From NCBI GenBank assembly GCA_963785305.1, contig CAWAUV010000007.1, positions 1,632,001-1,696,000 of the forward strand: a DNA stretch of 64,000 nucleotides, in the 5' to 3' direction. The stretch comes from an uncultured Planctomycetaceae bacterium (GTDB taxonomy: Bacteria > Planctomycetota > Planctomycetia > Pirellulales > PALSA-1355). Positions 10,843 through 23,129 of the stretch are shown piece by piece. Within the stretch, counting starts at the first letter, position 1; each line of letters begins with the position of its first letter. Below the pieces are notes generated by a model. It did not search any database. It worked only from the letters and a program-made list of their open reading frames with translations, and was not told where the DNA came from. Position numbers and translations under genes: made by a program.

Positions 10843-13800
10843 TTATGCGCACGTGCCTTTGCATGTGCAATCGACGAGGTACCACAATGAAATATATAGC
10901 GAGTGTTCTCTGCACATATATGTGCATTCGCATGGGTCGCAATGACCGGAGCGGGCCTCATCGTAGTAATGTTCCCAAATAGAATAGCCGCACCAATACC
11001 ACACTACTTGCTTGACGTAATACGTGCATGAGCATGGCCTTTCCCATACATATGTGTTGCCTCTATCGGCGCGCTTGCAATATGGCATTCCGTCCACCGT
11101 GTGTGGGGGATTGTCGTTCGGTGGCGAAACCTTAGATGTCGTGCCGTTCGGGTCGGTGTTTTTGGCGATAGCGTTTCCTAGGTATCGATACAGATTCCGG
11201 TCTCCACCATCATACCCGATCGGATCTCGCGTGATCCAAACGCCGTGCGCCGGATTCAAATATCGATTCCGCGCCAGATACAGCCCCGTTTCGACGTCCC
11301 AGCGGTAGCCGCAGTAGAGGGTTTCCCAGGCGTACGCGGAGCCGCTAGCGCGAACCGTGAAGTCGGGATTCAGGAATGTCGGCAAGCCATAGGCGGTGTA
11401 CTGGTAGCGTTCTTCGACGGCGCCGGATGTATTGACGATCGCCGTGACGTTCCAGTTCGCGTCTTGCAGAGCGTAAAGCCTTTCCGTCGAGCGGTCGCGC
11501 AAGACCAGATCGTCGATGTAGCGTTGGCCCCACACGAATTGACGATCGGCGGTCGTCGCGCCGCCGACGCGTTCTTCGAGGACTTGCCACATGTTCGAGT
11601 AGTACAAGTCGCGCACGATGCCGGCGACCAGTTTGGTTGTGCGGCGATTGAGGCCGTCATAGCTGTAGGCGGCCACGCCGGCGAGCGAGATCAAGCGGTT
11701 CCAGGCGTCATAGGTTGCGGCGAAAGAGCTTGCGGGCGATGCCGGTTGTGGAATTGCGGTCATGGCGCCGGTCGGACTGTAACTCGGCTGCGCCATGCGG
11801 CGCCGTAGCGCTGGGCAATGCCCATGATCTCGTTGACTGGATTCGACACGCGCTGCTGGTCGAGGTTATTCGCGGAAGTCACGACATCCGTGTTGACGAA
11901 ATTCGACCAGTTGCCCGTTGCGTCCAGGCCCCATTGCTGGGCAAGAGTCATGTTCGCGATGGACTGGTTATTATTCGTGAGGGCGCCGCGGCTCATGTCG
12001 GTGAGGCGCTGCATGCCGTCGTAGCTATACAGCTCATCGAACTTGGCGCCAAGCGAATCAGCCACGACGTTTTGCCGCCAGACGCGGTTGCTCGATTGGT
12101 CGTAGCCGTATTGGATTTGATCGAGCGTGGCGGTGGGCGTGGTCCAGGGGTTATTAATAACACGGCCAAACTGGTCGAGGCCGAGATAGGGATTCGTGCC
12201 GAAGCCGGAGCCGCCGGCTAGCGACCAGGTGACGTCCGGCTGCGGATACGTTAGATCGACGAATGTCGAGAGGCCGAGGTAGGTGTACTCGACGAGCGTC
12301 GTGCTGTCGGAATCGCGGTAGTTGGTGATGCGGGATAACGCATCGTCGTTGCCGCTCGCGTAATTGTACGAAACGACGCGAGGCGTCGAGCCGCTGATCG
12401 CGCCGGGATAGGTGATCGCCGTGAGGCGCGTCGTGTTGGCGCTGCCGTCGGCGAAGGCGTATTGCACATTGGCCGACGTGGCGGTGTTCACGGCGGCGCC
12501 ATGCTGCTGGTACTGCGTGACGAGTTGCTGAAAGCCATTGTAGGCGTTTTGGACTTGATTGACCACCGTCGTTGCGCCGATGTCGGCGTAGCTCGTGATT
12601 TGGAAGACCAATCCGCGGATTTCGTAGGCGGTGCTGATCCGCTGCACGCTCGAATCGACGCTCGCGCCGAGCGTCGTAATGATGTCGTCCGTGGGGCGGC
12701 CGAGCAGGTCGAACAGGTACTCATGCACCGTGCCGTTTTGGTCCGTCTTGCCGGTGACTTGCTTTTGTCGATTGAAGGTTTGCGTGACTTGGTCGGAGCC
12801 GGACAAGCTATCGGGATAGATCGTGGCGCTAAGCAATTCGTTACTGGCGATCGAGGAATCGGTCAAGGTCGTGCCGTAAACGAACTGCGTCGTTTGGTTG
12901 CCGGTGGTTGGATTCACCGCCGTCAAGGCGATCATGTTGCCGTCGGCGTTGTAGGCGAACTGGACCGTGACGTCGGTGGCGTTGCCGGGGCAGCCGCCGG
13001 TGTAGTTGCTCACCGTGCTGAGCGGCTTGTGCAAGGCGTTGAATGTTTGCAGCGTGATGATGCCGGCGGGATCGGTGGTTTGATTGAGATTGCCGGCGTT
13101 GTCGTAGGCGAAGCTCCTGACCAAGACGGTTGGCGAGGAAGCTGGCGGCGTGGCGGGGGCGGTGAAGGCGGCGTTGCCATTCGTGCCGTAGTTGGCCGAG
13201 GCCGCCATGCGGCCAATGCCGTCGGGGAAGTTCGCGACATAACTTACGCGGGCCAAGGGCTGCGTTCCGCTATACGGTGGATTCAAGACGCCCGAGCTGG
13301 TGGCGCTGTCGAACTGCTGGTACGAATCGACTTCGATCACGTTGTTCGCGTCGTCGTACGTGGTCAGCGTCTGCTCGAAGATGATGTTTTGGCTCGTGAC
13401 TTGGCCGACGTCGCTGTAAGGCTCCGTTCCCGAGCCGGTGTAATAACCTTGATACGACGCCGTGACTCGGGCTTGGCTATCGTATACCTGCTTGGTGAAT
13501 GTCTGGGCTCCTGCCGGCAAAGTCTTGATGATGTTGCTCGCCAGATCGTACCAAGTATTGTCGACGAGCGAGTTGCCCAAGGCGCCGGTGTTCGGGTCCA
13601 CCGAATAGACTTGCGTTTGATAGACCCGATTGCGGTCGTCCCAGAAGGTGAGCGTTCGCGCGAGAAGCTGACCGTTCGCGGTGGTGTTGAGGCGGTCGAC
13701 TTGGATGATCCGATCGAGATTGTCGTAGGTCGTCTCCAGATAGTATTCGAGCTCGCCGTCGATGCCGATTTGCCTATCTCGGAAGTCGTAGATGTAGCTG

Positions 13801-14287
13801 GTCACGCGGTCGTTCTCGCCGGTGGCGTCGACGAACGCGGTCTTTTCGGTGAGGTTGCCGTCGCCGCCCGACGAACCGCCGTCGTATACGTTGCCGGTGA
13901 CTTGGACCATGTTGTTCCCCGGGGCGCCGCCGCCGGTCGGGTCGCTCGCGGTGGCGCCGATCGCGTTCGTGCCGATAAAGATTCCCGTCACGAGTCCGCG
14001 CGGATCGAACACCTTGGCGGTGATCGTGCCGCCGGGCGTGGTGGTCATGTCGCCGCGGTCCATGATATCGTAACCGTAATCGGTCTCGTCGTAATTCGCG
14101 CCCGGCAAGCCGAGGCCGAACGCGGGAATCTGCGAATACGCCCGGCTCGCAGTCTTTTGACCGGCATTATTATACACATTCACCGACCAAGCGACCCAGC
14201 TCGACCGCGGATAACAATCCGAGGGCGACAACGCTCCTTCGGTCGTGGCCCGAGCCGCTTGGATCGTGTCGGTCGGTTGACCAGCGT
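10843..14287 (-). pseudogene. Orphan Rhs module 9 with Cys-rich tip of unknown function
   Basis: ORFs 11760-14231 and 10843-11796 joined by a frameshift near 11790; RDPIG...DPNG then a low-GC tip. Confidence 0.85.
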
Positions 14288-14315
14288 AATCGAGAGAGAG
14301 TAGTCATCCGATTTG

Positions 14316-15407
14316 TTACCGTTGCCACACGACTTGGCATTGCGGGTGCTTTGCACGAAACGCGATCACGCCATCCGACGTGACGCTATCGGAAATGACA
14401 ACAAGCGTCTTAAGCCGAGGACATTTAAGCTTGTCGAGGAACGCATCCGATAGGCCGCATTCATCGGCGCGAAGCTCTCGCAAGTCGATCAAGTGATTAA
14501 GATCGTCAACGCACGAATCCGTTATCAATGTATTGCTTAAGCTAAGATTCTCGAGTCCTGTCAACGATGCGCCGACAAAGCCCAGGCCTTGGTCGCTCAC
14601 GGCGTTGTGGGCAATATCTAAAACGTTTAACGTCCGAGCTACGGAAAGGACTCGCAATTCTTCGTCGGTAATACCGGTCGCCTTGAGACTCAATTCGCGA
14701 AGTTGAGGAAATAGCGTTATCTTGCTGATGTCGGTGCTCGAAAGCCGAATTCCGTTGAAACAGATGCGACGAAGCGATCCGCACGTTCGCCAATCGACGT
14801 TTTCTAAAACCTCGTTCTCGCAATACAATATGGATAACGAATCCAGAGTTCTTGGGAGTTCGATTTTCGGTCCGCCGACGTCAGAAAGCCGAGACGCGGT
14901 CAATTGGATGGATTTTAGCGACCGATATTCGCATATGCAACGGAAAGCATCACGTTCGATAGTGCAACGACCAGCATTAACATCCGTTATCGTCTTCGTG
15001 GCCGCGAACGGCGAAACGAGCGAATACGTTACTTGAGTATCTAGAAATGACAAAGACGACAATGCCTTCAATGAACTCGCTTCACGCAGAGCGACTGCCG
15101 TTTCGGGTGAAGAATTGTTCACTTCCAAGCCATCGACTTCCTCGAACGCCTCCGGAGATGCTCCGCTAATCCGGGAAAGCATTGATCCAATGATGTGATT
15201 AAAGCTGCGTGCGCGCAATTGAAGAATGTCATTACCGGATTGCCTTAGGGAAGTTATTTGCAACTGCTCGATTTGCGCGGAGCGAATTGTTGCGCCAAGC
15301 CAAACAAAAAGCACCGAGATCGGCACAAATGCCCATAAAAGCGTCTTGAACGAAAAAATGGACGCGACTTTTTTTGCGCGGCAGAAAATCATGATAATGG
15401 TTCTCAC
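14316..15407 (-). CDS. Membrane-anchored leucine-rich repeat protein (immunity slot, module 8)
   Basis: N-terminal FSFKTLL + TM segment; LRELSLKATGITD and LENLSLSNTLITD repeats. Confidence 0.8.
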   Translation of the reverse strand: MRTIIMIFCRAKKVASIFSFKTLLWAFVPISVLFVWLGATIRSAQIEQLQITSLRQSGNDILQLRARSFNHIIGSMLSRISGASPEAFEEVDGLEVNNSSPETAVALREASSLKALSSLSFLDTQVTYSLVSPFAATKTITDVNAGRCTIERDAFRCICEYRSLKSIQLTASRLSDVGGPKIELPRTLDSLSILYCENEVLENVDWRTCGSLRRICFNGIRLSSTDISKITLFPQLRELSLKATGITDEELRVLSVARTLNVLDIAHNAVSDQGLGFVGASLTGLENLSLSNTLITDSCVDDLNHLIDLRELRADECGLSDAFLDKLKCPRLKTLVVISDSVTSDGVIAFRAKHPQCQVVWQR

Positions 15408-15717
15408 GCCTCGAACCGAGATTCAAGAAAGCCGTAACGAGCCATGGCGGCGGAATCACACAGAGCCCCTATCCGGGCAGCGGATGCGCTCACCGCACTC
15501 GCCGGCAAAAGCGCGTGAATTCATTGTTTTCCGGATAGGCATATAATTCAATGATTTCAATGTTATGTTGCACCACCGCGCACAACGAATCATCGGGTTA
15601 AGAGCCTAGCCGAACATCGGAAGCGAGCACGTAAATCGCGCGTTTCCATTGCTTTACCGATCGACCATCGCGAGAACGGGAGTTCATGGAACGCTACAGA
15701 CGAACGAAACGTCGAGT

Positions 15718-17676
15718 CTAACATGGAACAGTTGTTGGCAGCGGACTAGGTACTGTCCCGGAAGGCCCGAACATCGCGCTGCCTGCACATATTTGGTCTG
15801 CCTTCTGCTGATCGCCGGCGACGATCGCATAATAAATCGTACCCAACTGCACTGTTTGCCCAAGACCGATTGGAATACTAATCCCTGCTCCGTGAAGAAA
15901 AATTATATGTCCCGCGTTGCCCGAATTTAAAGTAACTTGAGTCGAGCTGCCCTCCAGAAACGAACGAGAACTTAGCGCGGAATAGCAAAAGTATCCGAAT
16001 GCACCGCCGCATGTGCAGTTATAGTTAACGGAAATCATACGACTTCGCGTACAAATAAGCGACCCCGCGGGAGTTTGCGAATATGACACAGGGTTGGTCG
16101 AACCGCCAAGCTCAGCGAAAGCCGCGACAGCAGTCACTGTCCAAGGCGGTGCGGGGATAACAGCGGTCGGCGTTTGGTTCGTGCAGGCAAGTCCGTTAAA
16201 ATCGTTGGAATCAATCGGTGAACTCAAAACGTACCGATAGAAATTGAAATCGCCGCCCTTGAATCCGATCGGATCCCTTGTGATCCAAGCGCCAAGTAGC
16301 GAATTCAAATATCGATTTCGCGCCAAATACAGCCCCGATTCGCCGTCCCAGCGGTAGCCGCAGTAGAGGGTTTCCCAGGCGTAGACGCTGGCAGTTAAGG
16401 GAGCGAAATCAGGATTCAAGACGGCGGGCAGACCGTAGGGTGTATAGCTGTAGCGCTCTTGGACGGCGCCGGATGTATTGACGATCGCCGTGACGTTCCA
16501 GTTGGCGTCTTGCAGGGCATAGAGACGCTCCGTTGAGCGGTCGCGCAGGACAAGTTCGTCGATGTAGCGTTGGCCCCACACGAATTGGCGATCGGCAATG
16601 GTCGCGCCGTTGACTCGTTCTTCCAGAACTTGCCACATGTCCGAGTAGTACAAGTCGCGCACGACGCCGGAAATCGTCTTTTGCGTGCGGCGGTTGAGGC
16701 CGTCGTAGCTGTACGTGGCTGTGCCGGCAAGCTGGGTCAAGCGGTTCCAAGCGTCGTAGACGCCGGTGAACGCCGACGAAGGCGATGCTGGTTGCGGAAT
16801 GTTCGTCATGTTTCCGACGGGATTGTAGGCCGGCTGCGCCGACGCGGCGCCGTAGCGCTGGGTGATGCCCATGATCTCGTTCACAGGATTCGACACGCGC
16901 TGTTGGTCGAGATTGTTCGCGGCGGTCACGACATCGGTGTTGACGAAATTCGACCAGTTGCCGGTGGCGTCGAGGCCCCACTGCTGAGCAAGGGTCATGT
17001 TGGCGATGGACTGGTTGTTATTCGTCAGATTGCCACGGCTCATGTCGGTGAGGCGCTGCATTCCGTCATAACTGTAGAGCTCGTCTTGCCCACTGGCGAC
17101 GGTTTGGTGACGCCATGTGCGGTTGCTCGCCTGATCGTAACCGTATTGAATCTGGTCGAGCGTGGCGGTGGGCGTGGTCCAGGCGTTGTTGATGACCCGG
17201 CCGAATTGATCGAGGCCGATGTAGGGATTCGCGCCCGAGCCGCCGGCGAGCGACCATGTGACGTCGGGCTGCGGATACGTCAAATCAACGAACGTGGCGA
17301 GGCCCAGATACGTGTATTCAACCAGCGTTGTGCTATCGGAATCAACGTAGCTCGTGACGCGTGACAAGGCGTCGTCATTGCCGCTGGCGTAGTTGTATGA
17401 AACGACTCGGGGCGTGGCGCCGGTGATCGCGCCGGGGTAGGTGATCGCGGTCAGGCGCGTCGTGTTGGCGCTGCCGTCGGCGAAGGCGTAACCAACTTGT
17501 GGACTGGCGGCGGTATTCACAGCGCTACCGTGTTGCTGATATTGGTTGGTAAGCTGCTGGAAGCCATTGTACGCGTTTTGGACTTGGTTGACCACCGTGG
17601 TCGCGGCGGTGTCGGCGTAGCTCGTGATTTGGAAGACGAGGCCGCGGATTTCGTAAGCCGTGCTGATTCGCCGCAC
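15718..17676 (-). pseudogene. Orphan Rhs module 8 with unknown tip
   Basis: Starts at VRRISTAYEIRG immediately after the leader; Rhs core, DFNG, then variable tip. Confidence 0.85.
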
Positions 17677-17785
17677 CCGCGTGGCGGGCCTGCGGCGCTC
17701 GGACAGCTGAACGTGAGTGAAGACTGCTCGCCGGGTCGAAAAACCGCCGCCAGCGAAATCAATGAGTCCTGGCCCGTTTGAATTC
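17677..17785 (-). repeat. Cassette leader (109 bp) starting with repeat variant GAATTCAAACGGGCCAGG
   Basis: Close match to the leaders at 21266, 24899, 29323 and 38231. Confidence 0.93.
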
Positions 17786-17821
17786 GCCAAAACCAACCAA
17801 TGGCGGTGATGGACGCTTACG

Positions 17822-18478
17822 TCATGGTAATGAGGTCGGTGTGGTAGCCCGTGAAGCGGCATAGGGAGTAGCGAACGCATCCGGCACCAATCTATTCCAA
17901 AGATATCGGGCATAAACAATGAAACACATAATCGACCCGGCCATTGTTACGCAGAGCCACGACTCCCAAGCGTTTCGCCAGAACGCGACATACATTACGG
18001 TTGCGTTCCAGCGCTCGCATCCATAGAGCCGATTGAGCCATAAGACCGGCTCAAACACAGCATGCGTCAACGCTAGTCGGGTATCATCGCGACACGGAAT
18101 ATACTCCAAAAGGGTTATCGCGGGAACCGATGCTAATAAATACATACACATTAGCGAGGCGGCAAACAACAGCCAAAGGGAGCAACGCATCAGATTGAAC
18201 CCGATCATTCGGCCCGACGGCGCGACCAGCCGGTAACTCCGTATGGCATTGGCCGCAAGCATATTCAAAGCGATGGCCGTCGCAATAACCGACAAGAATG
18301 GCGCGTCTCTGGATATCGCCAGTAGTGCCGAGATCGCCGATATCCCCACCGCGACAGTCCTCAGCGAGTATCGGCGTTTGGCTGCCCATGAGACTCCAAC
18401 CGTGGGCCTAGCAATTGCGCATTTCTTCGTTGAGCTAAAAACACAATGCGCGGCGCCACGCAAGCGCGACAACAGCAC
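17822..18478 (-). CDS. Membrane protein (second partner gene, module 7)
   Basis: Hydrophobic, KRRYSLRT motif; start uncertain. Confidence 0.55.
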   Translation of the reverse strand: MLLSRLRGAAHCVFSSTKKCAIARPTVGVSWAAKRRYSLRTVAVGISAISALLAISRDAPFLSVIATAIALNMLAANAIRSYRLVAPSGRMIGFNLMRCSLWLLFAASLMCMYLLASVPAITLLEYIPCRDDTRLALTHAVFEPVLWLNRLYGCERWNATVMYVAFWRNAWESWLCVTMAGSIMCFIVYARYLWNRLVPDAFATPYAASRATTPTSLP

Positions 18479-19220
18479 AAATCACGGTCCCCGAAACAAT
18501 CCACACATACAGATGAACTTTGGTTATCCAATATCGAGATTCAGAAATAATGTTTCCGGTACGTATATCGAATTCAAATTCATCGCGGGTTGACGTGTTT
18601 ACTCGAAACACATTGCCTTCAATTCGCCTTCCATATGTGCCTTCATCGATCCAAAGGTGATGCCAATCGGCGGACGTGAATTTCATCAGCGACGGAAAAT
18701 CAATGAGTTCGCCGACGCCGTAGCTCTTGATGAGCTTTCCCGAATCGTAAAACCGGATCGCCCAATCCAAGTGAATGCCGTCTCCACCGCCAAATCGGTT
18801 CACTCGCACGACGTATCGGCCACCCGACGACAGGCGAACTAACTCGCTGTCCTCAAACCATTTTAAGGACCACAAGGGAACGTTTGACCCGATTTTGTAA
18901 AACCCTGAAACCTGATACTCGGCGCGCAGGTTGATCGTATCGCCGGTGGGTAGCACGCATAGCTTTCCATGATCGTCATCGATTGGCACGGGGGCGAGCA
19001 TTACCAAGAACGAGTCGCAATCACGCGTGGGAATAATATAAGATGCGGGCGGCGGAGATAACGCGCCGAATGTCGTGGCAGCGACGATAAAATGAGAAAT
19101 AATTCCGTTAATGCAGGAGACGAAATTACCCACGAGATCGGACTTGGGACGGTGCGCCATCGATCGAGGTAAGCAAGCCATGCCCCGCCTCGTAAGCGTC
19201 GGGAAGTGAGTCGTCGACAT
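18435..19220 (-). CDS. Putative immunity protein (module 7)
   Basis: Starts 6 nt after the toxin stop; beta-rich, C-terminal TM segment. Confidence 0.6.
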   Translation of the reverse strand: MSTTHFPTLTRRGMACLPRSMAHRPKSDLVGNFVSCINGIISHFIVAATTFGALSPPPASYIIPTRDCDSFLVMLAPVPIDDDHGKLCVLPTGDTINLRAEYQVSGFYKIGSNVPLWSLKWFEDSELVRLSSGGRYVVRVNRFGGGDGIHLDWAIRFYDSGKLIKSYGVGELIDFPSLMKFTSADWHHLWIDEGTYGRRIEGNVFRVNTSTRDEFEFDIRTGNIISESRYWITKVHLYVWIVSGTVICAVVALAWRRALCF

Positions 19221-19226
19221 CGTAAC

Positions 19227-21265
19227 TCACCAATCTTTTACAGATTTGGTCCATGGCGAGGTGGGTTGGCCGACGGACGTTATACCGATCGCTCCCGATT
19301 TTAGATTGTAAGTGAAGTTGATGCAGCTAAGCAACATTTCACTATAAACAGGCAGTGTCGTCTCGCAAATCGCGCATATAGTTATGCTGGAATTTGGATT
19401 ATTCTCGTTGCCTGGCGCGTCCTGTATTCCGCCCTTGGGACTATTCGCGCCGCCGCAACGGACATACTCCGGCCATTGCTCGCCGGGTAAGATATTGTTT
19501 TTATTAAGATAATCGAAATGTGGTGCGCGTCCAGTTGCAAAGCCATCAACTTCAATCGCCTGCGAGAGTTTGATCCGGCCGTTGCATTGGCATCCACCAG
19601 GATTAAAATCAGCGTAGTAGGTGTTTGTAACCGTTCCGTCTGGTCGCTGTCTGCGTTGGCCATTTGTAATGGTAAAATTGCCGCATGGCGCCGGTATTTG
19701 CGGCGGCGATGATGAGCACCCCCCGCCGAGGCCGAGCAACAGCACAAGTCCGCCGATAAAACATAGTGCGGGGACGATTTCGCCGGCCGGATCAGTTGCA
19801 TTTACTACCCTGTTGAATATGTAACGACCGAAATTCGTATCGCCACCGTCAAAGCCGACGGGATCCCTTGTGATCCAAACGCCGATCGCCGAATTCAGAT
19901 ACCGGTTCCGCGCCAAATACAACCACGTTTCGCTGTCCCAGCGGTAGCCGCAATACAACGTTTCCCAAGCGTAGGCGCTTGCATACTGAGGGACAAAACC
20001 GGAATTCATGAACGTGGGCAAGCCGTAGGCTGTATACCGGTATCGCTCTTGCACGGCGCCCGACGTATCGACAACCGCCGTGACGTTCCAATTGGCGTCT
20101 TGGAGGGCGTAGAGACGCTCCGTTGATCGGTCGCGAACGACCAAGTCGTCGATGTAGCGCAGGCCCCAGACGAATTGACGGTCGGCGTTCGTCGCGCCGC
20201 CTACGCGTTCTTCGAGGACCTGCCACATGTCCGAGTAGTACAAATCTCGCAGAACTCCGGAGACTAGTTTGGTCGTGCGACGGTTGAGACCGTCGTAGCT
20301 GTAGGCGGCCACGCCGGCGAGCGAGATCATGCGGTTCCAGGCGTCATAGGTTGCGGCGAAAGAGCTTGCGGGCGATGCCGGTTGTGGAATTGCGGTCATG
20401 GCGCCGGTCGGACTGTAACTCGGCTGCGCCAGGCGGCGCCGTAGCGCTGGGTGATGCCCATGATTTCGTTGACTGGGCTGGTCGTCCGTTGTTGGTCGAG
20501 ATTGTTCGCGGGCGTCACAACATCGGTGTTGACGAAATTCGACCAATTGCCTGTCGCGTCGAGTCCCCATTGCTGGGCGAGGGTCATGTTCGCGATGGAC
20601 TGGTTATTATTCGTGAGGGCGCCGCGGCTCATGTCGGTGAGGCGCTGCATGCCGTCGTAGCTGTAGAGTTCGTCGTTGCCGGTGGCGACGGTTTGATGGC
20701 GCCACACGCGGTTGCCGGACTGGTCGTAGCCGTATTGGATCTGGTCGAGCGTGGCGCTGGGCGTCGTCCAGAGGTTGTTGATCACCCGGCCGAATTGGTC
20801 GAGGCCGAGATACGGGTTCGCGCCGGAGCCGCCGGCTAGCGACCACGTGACGTCGGGCTGGGGATAAGTCAGGTCGACGAATGTCCGCAAGCCAAGATAC
20901 GTATACTCGACCAGTGTCGTGCTGTCGGAGTCGACGTAGCTCGTGATGCGGGACAGAGCATCATCGTTGCCGCTAGCGTAGTTATACGTCACGACGCGAG
21001 GCGTCGAACCGCTGACGGCGCCGGGATAGGTGATCGCCGTTAGCCGCGTCGTGTTGGCGCTGCCGTCGGCGAAGGCGTACTGCACGTTGGGAGACGTGGA
21101 GGTATTCACGGCGGCGCCATGCTGCTGGAACTGCGTGACGAGTTGCTGGAAACCATTGTAGGCGTTTTGCACTTGGTTGACCACCGTGCTGCCGGCGGTA
21201 TCGGCGTAGCTCGTGATTTGGAAGACAAGGCCGCGGATTTCGTAAGCCGTGGTGATTCGCCGCAC
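19227..21265 (-). pseudogene. Orphan Rhs module 7; tip begins with a hydrophobic lipobox-like segment
   Basis: ORFs 20396-21352 and 19227-20570, frameshift near 20426; DPAG|EIVPALCFIGGLVLLLGLGGGC. Confidence 0.85.
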
Positions 21266-21375
21266 CCGCGTGGCGGGGCTGCCGGCGCTCGGACAGCTGA
21301 ACGTCAGCAAAGACTGCCCGCCGGGTCGAAAAACCGCCGCCAGCGAAATCAATGACTCCTGACCCCTTTGAATTC
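21266..21375 (-). repeat. Cassette leader (110 bp) with intact GAATTCAAAGGGGTCAGGAGTCATTGATT
   Basis: Direct sequence comparison with the other leaders. Confidence 0.95.
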
Positions 21376-21379
21376 GCCG

Positions 21380-21555
21380 CTGTTACCTGGACATGGAACG
21401 ACTGCGAGAACCACCGGAAGCAGAGCAACCGGCGGCGACGGCGTAATCGTCGCAACCGGCCTTCCCCCTCGGGGGAAGCAGACAGAAGAGAACGAGGACC
21501 ACCGCTACCCACTCGAACTGCCTAAAACAATGTGCGCATCTTGACGGACACTACC
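21380..21555 (+). mobile_element. Probable IS256-family right-end remnant
   Basis: Reads YLDMERLREPPEAEQPAATA* then ends in TTGACGGACACTACC, resembling IS256 C-termini and ends; truncated at the repeat. Confidence 0.5.
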
Positions 21556-21757
21556 TGCTGATCAGCTGGATGCTGCTGTCGATACCCGATCCGACGGTCG
21601 TGATGATGTCATCCGTCGGGCGACCGAGCAAATCGAATAGGTACTGATGCACCGTGCCGTTTTGATCGGTTTTGCCGGTGACTTGCTTTTGTCGATTGAA
21701 GGATTGCGTGACTTGGTCGGAGCCGGACACGCTGTCGGGATAGATCGTGGCGCTCAA
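21556..21757 (-). pseudogene. Short internal Rhs fragment
   Basis: SATIYPDSVSGSDQVTQ...DDIITTVGSGIDSSIQLIS matches the other Rhs cores. Confidence 0.85.
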
Positions 21758-21759
21758 GA

Positions 21760-22170
21760 GCTCGGATTCCGCCGGACTTCGCGCTCAAGAAAGATTGGCC
21801 GTGGGTCAAGGCGATCGGCTATGCGTTCCGCATCACCAGCCACGACGATGGGACCGAGACGGTCGAAATGCGCTATTACATCGCCAGCCGCTATTTGAGC
21901 GGCAAGCGGTTCAGCGAAGCCGTCCGCGGCCACTGGAGCATCGAGTCGCTGCATTGGATTCTGGATGTTACTTTTCGCGAGGACGACAGCCGCGCGCGGG
22001 AACGCACGTTGGGCGACAATCTGAGTTGGCTACGCCGCTTCGCCGTGACCCTGCTCAAGCGCCATCCGAAAAAAGACAGTCTCCGAGGGAAAATGCAAGC
22101 CGCCGACTTCAACACCAACTTCCTCACCCAAGTCCTCACCGGGAAACAAGTTTGATATGCGCTGGCCGTG
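21760..22170 (+). mobile_element. ISAs1-family (H-repeat type) transposase 3' remnant
   Basis: RYYIAS...VRGHWSIESLHWILDVTFREDDSR...NLSWLRR motif. Confidence 0.85.
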
Positions 22171-22444
22171 CCGCCGTCCGCCGTCACGCATCGCCCACCT
22201 CGCTAGCATTTGGGACCACCTCCCCACGCTAGCAAACCGCTCCGACCAATTCACGCAGGCTCGCCGGAAGGACACGAGCGGTTCAACGCATGGTAAATCA
22301 ATCACTTCGGCGCATAACGAGCGATCCGCGGCATCCCGCCAGGCTAATTCCGCTCGCCCCCAACGTCACTATCGACTCGCGTCCCCTTTTTCTCCCACGG
22401 ACCAAAAAACCCGAATTCGGGAAAGAAAAATCGTATAACAGTTA

Positions 22445-23113
22445 CTATTGCGTTTCAATTGAAATTTTATCGTTGTTGCTGCCGTTCAACTTATCGGGCT
22501 TCTTGCCCGCTACGATAATTTGCCAAACTGATACATTTAGCTGATTTCTTTCATGACTCTTACTCCATCCAACCATAAGTCCATCATCCCGCCAAACATA
22601 AGGCTGCCATTTTTGATCCGCAATCCACCGCAGCGCATCGGCATCCGTCATAAAATGTTGTTGCCCTTCCTCCAAGACGCCGCGAGTGATGCCGTTGTGA
22701 TCTCGCCAATGCTCGCCGGAACCAGGAAAATAAAGACCACGACTTCCGAGCCAACGCTCTTTCCGAGCCATCATTTTAACAGAGCGGGTATCGTTTTCCC
22801 AAGTATAAGACCGCTCCAGACCTTTACCGGCGGTGATAACAATTGTTCCATTCGGCGTTGTTGCCGTGATTCGAGTTCCCGGCTCCATGACGATCTCAGT
22901 CTCCATAGGAATCACACCGTCGTCGTCGTTCATGCCTGTGTGAACCCGCCCACAACTCGTCAATGCAAAGAGGGCTAGGACGAAAACACGCGACGAAAGT
23001 GTTGACCGCGCACACCGTACTGCGTTAGCTACTTGAAAAACATACATGCGCAACACCTTGGGCTCATATGCAGGGTAAATCGCATCCGGCAAAGAAACGC
23101 AAAAGCGATACAC
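22445..23113 (-). CDS. Putative lipoprotein immunity protein (module 6)
   Basis: FVLALFALTSC lipobox; follows the PLA2 tip; true start probably internal. Confidence 0.7.
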   Translation of the reverse strand: MYRFCVSLPDAIYPAYEPKVLRMYVFQVANAVRCARSTLSSRVFVLALFALTSCGRVHTGMNDDDGVIPMETEIVMEPGTRITATTPNGTIVITAGKGLERSYTWENDTRSVKMMARKERWLGSRGLYFPGSGEHWRDHNGITRGVLEEGQQHFMTDADALRWIADQKWQPYVWRDDGLMVGWSKSHERNQLNVSVWQIIVAGKKPDKLNGSNNDKISIETQ

Positions 23114-23129
23114 GCAAGCCTGGCTTTGC

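Noticed and set aside
21254..21265. GTGCG at leader/Rhs junctions as an intron 5' end
   Set aside because: It is the Val-Arg codons of the Rhs core, also present in the continuous core at ~32700, and no ribozyme follows.
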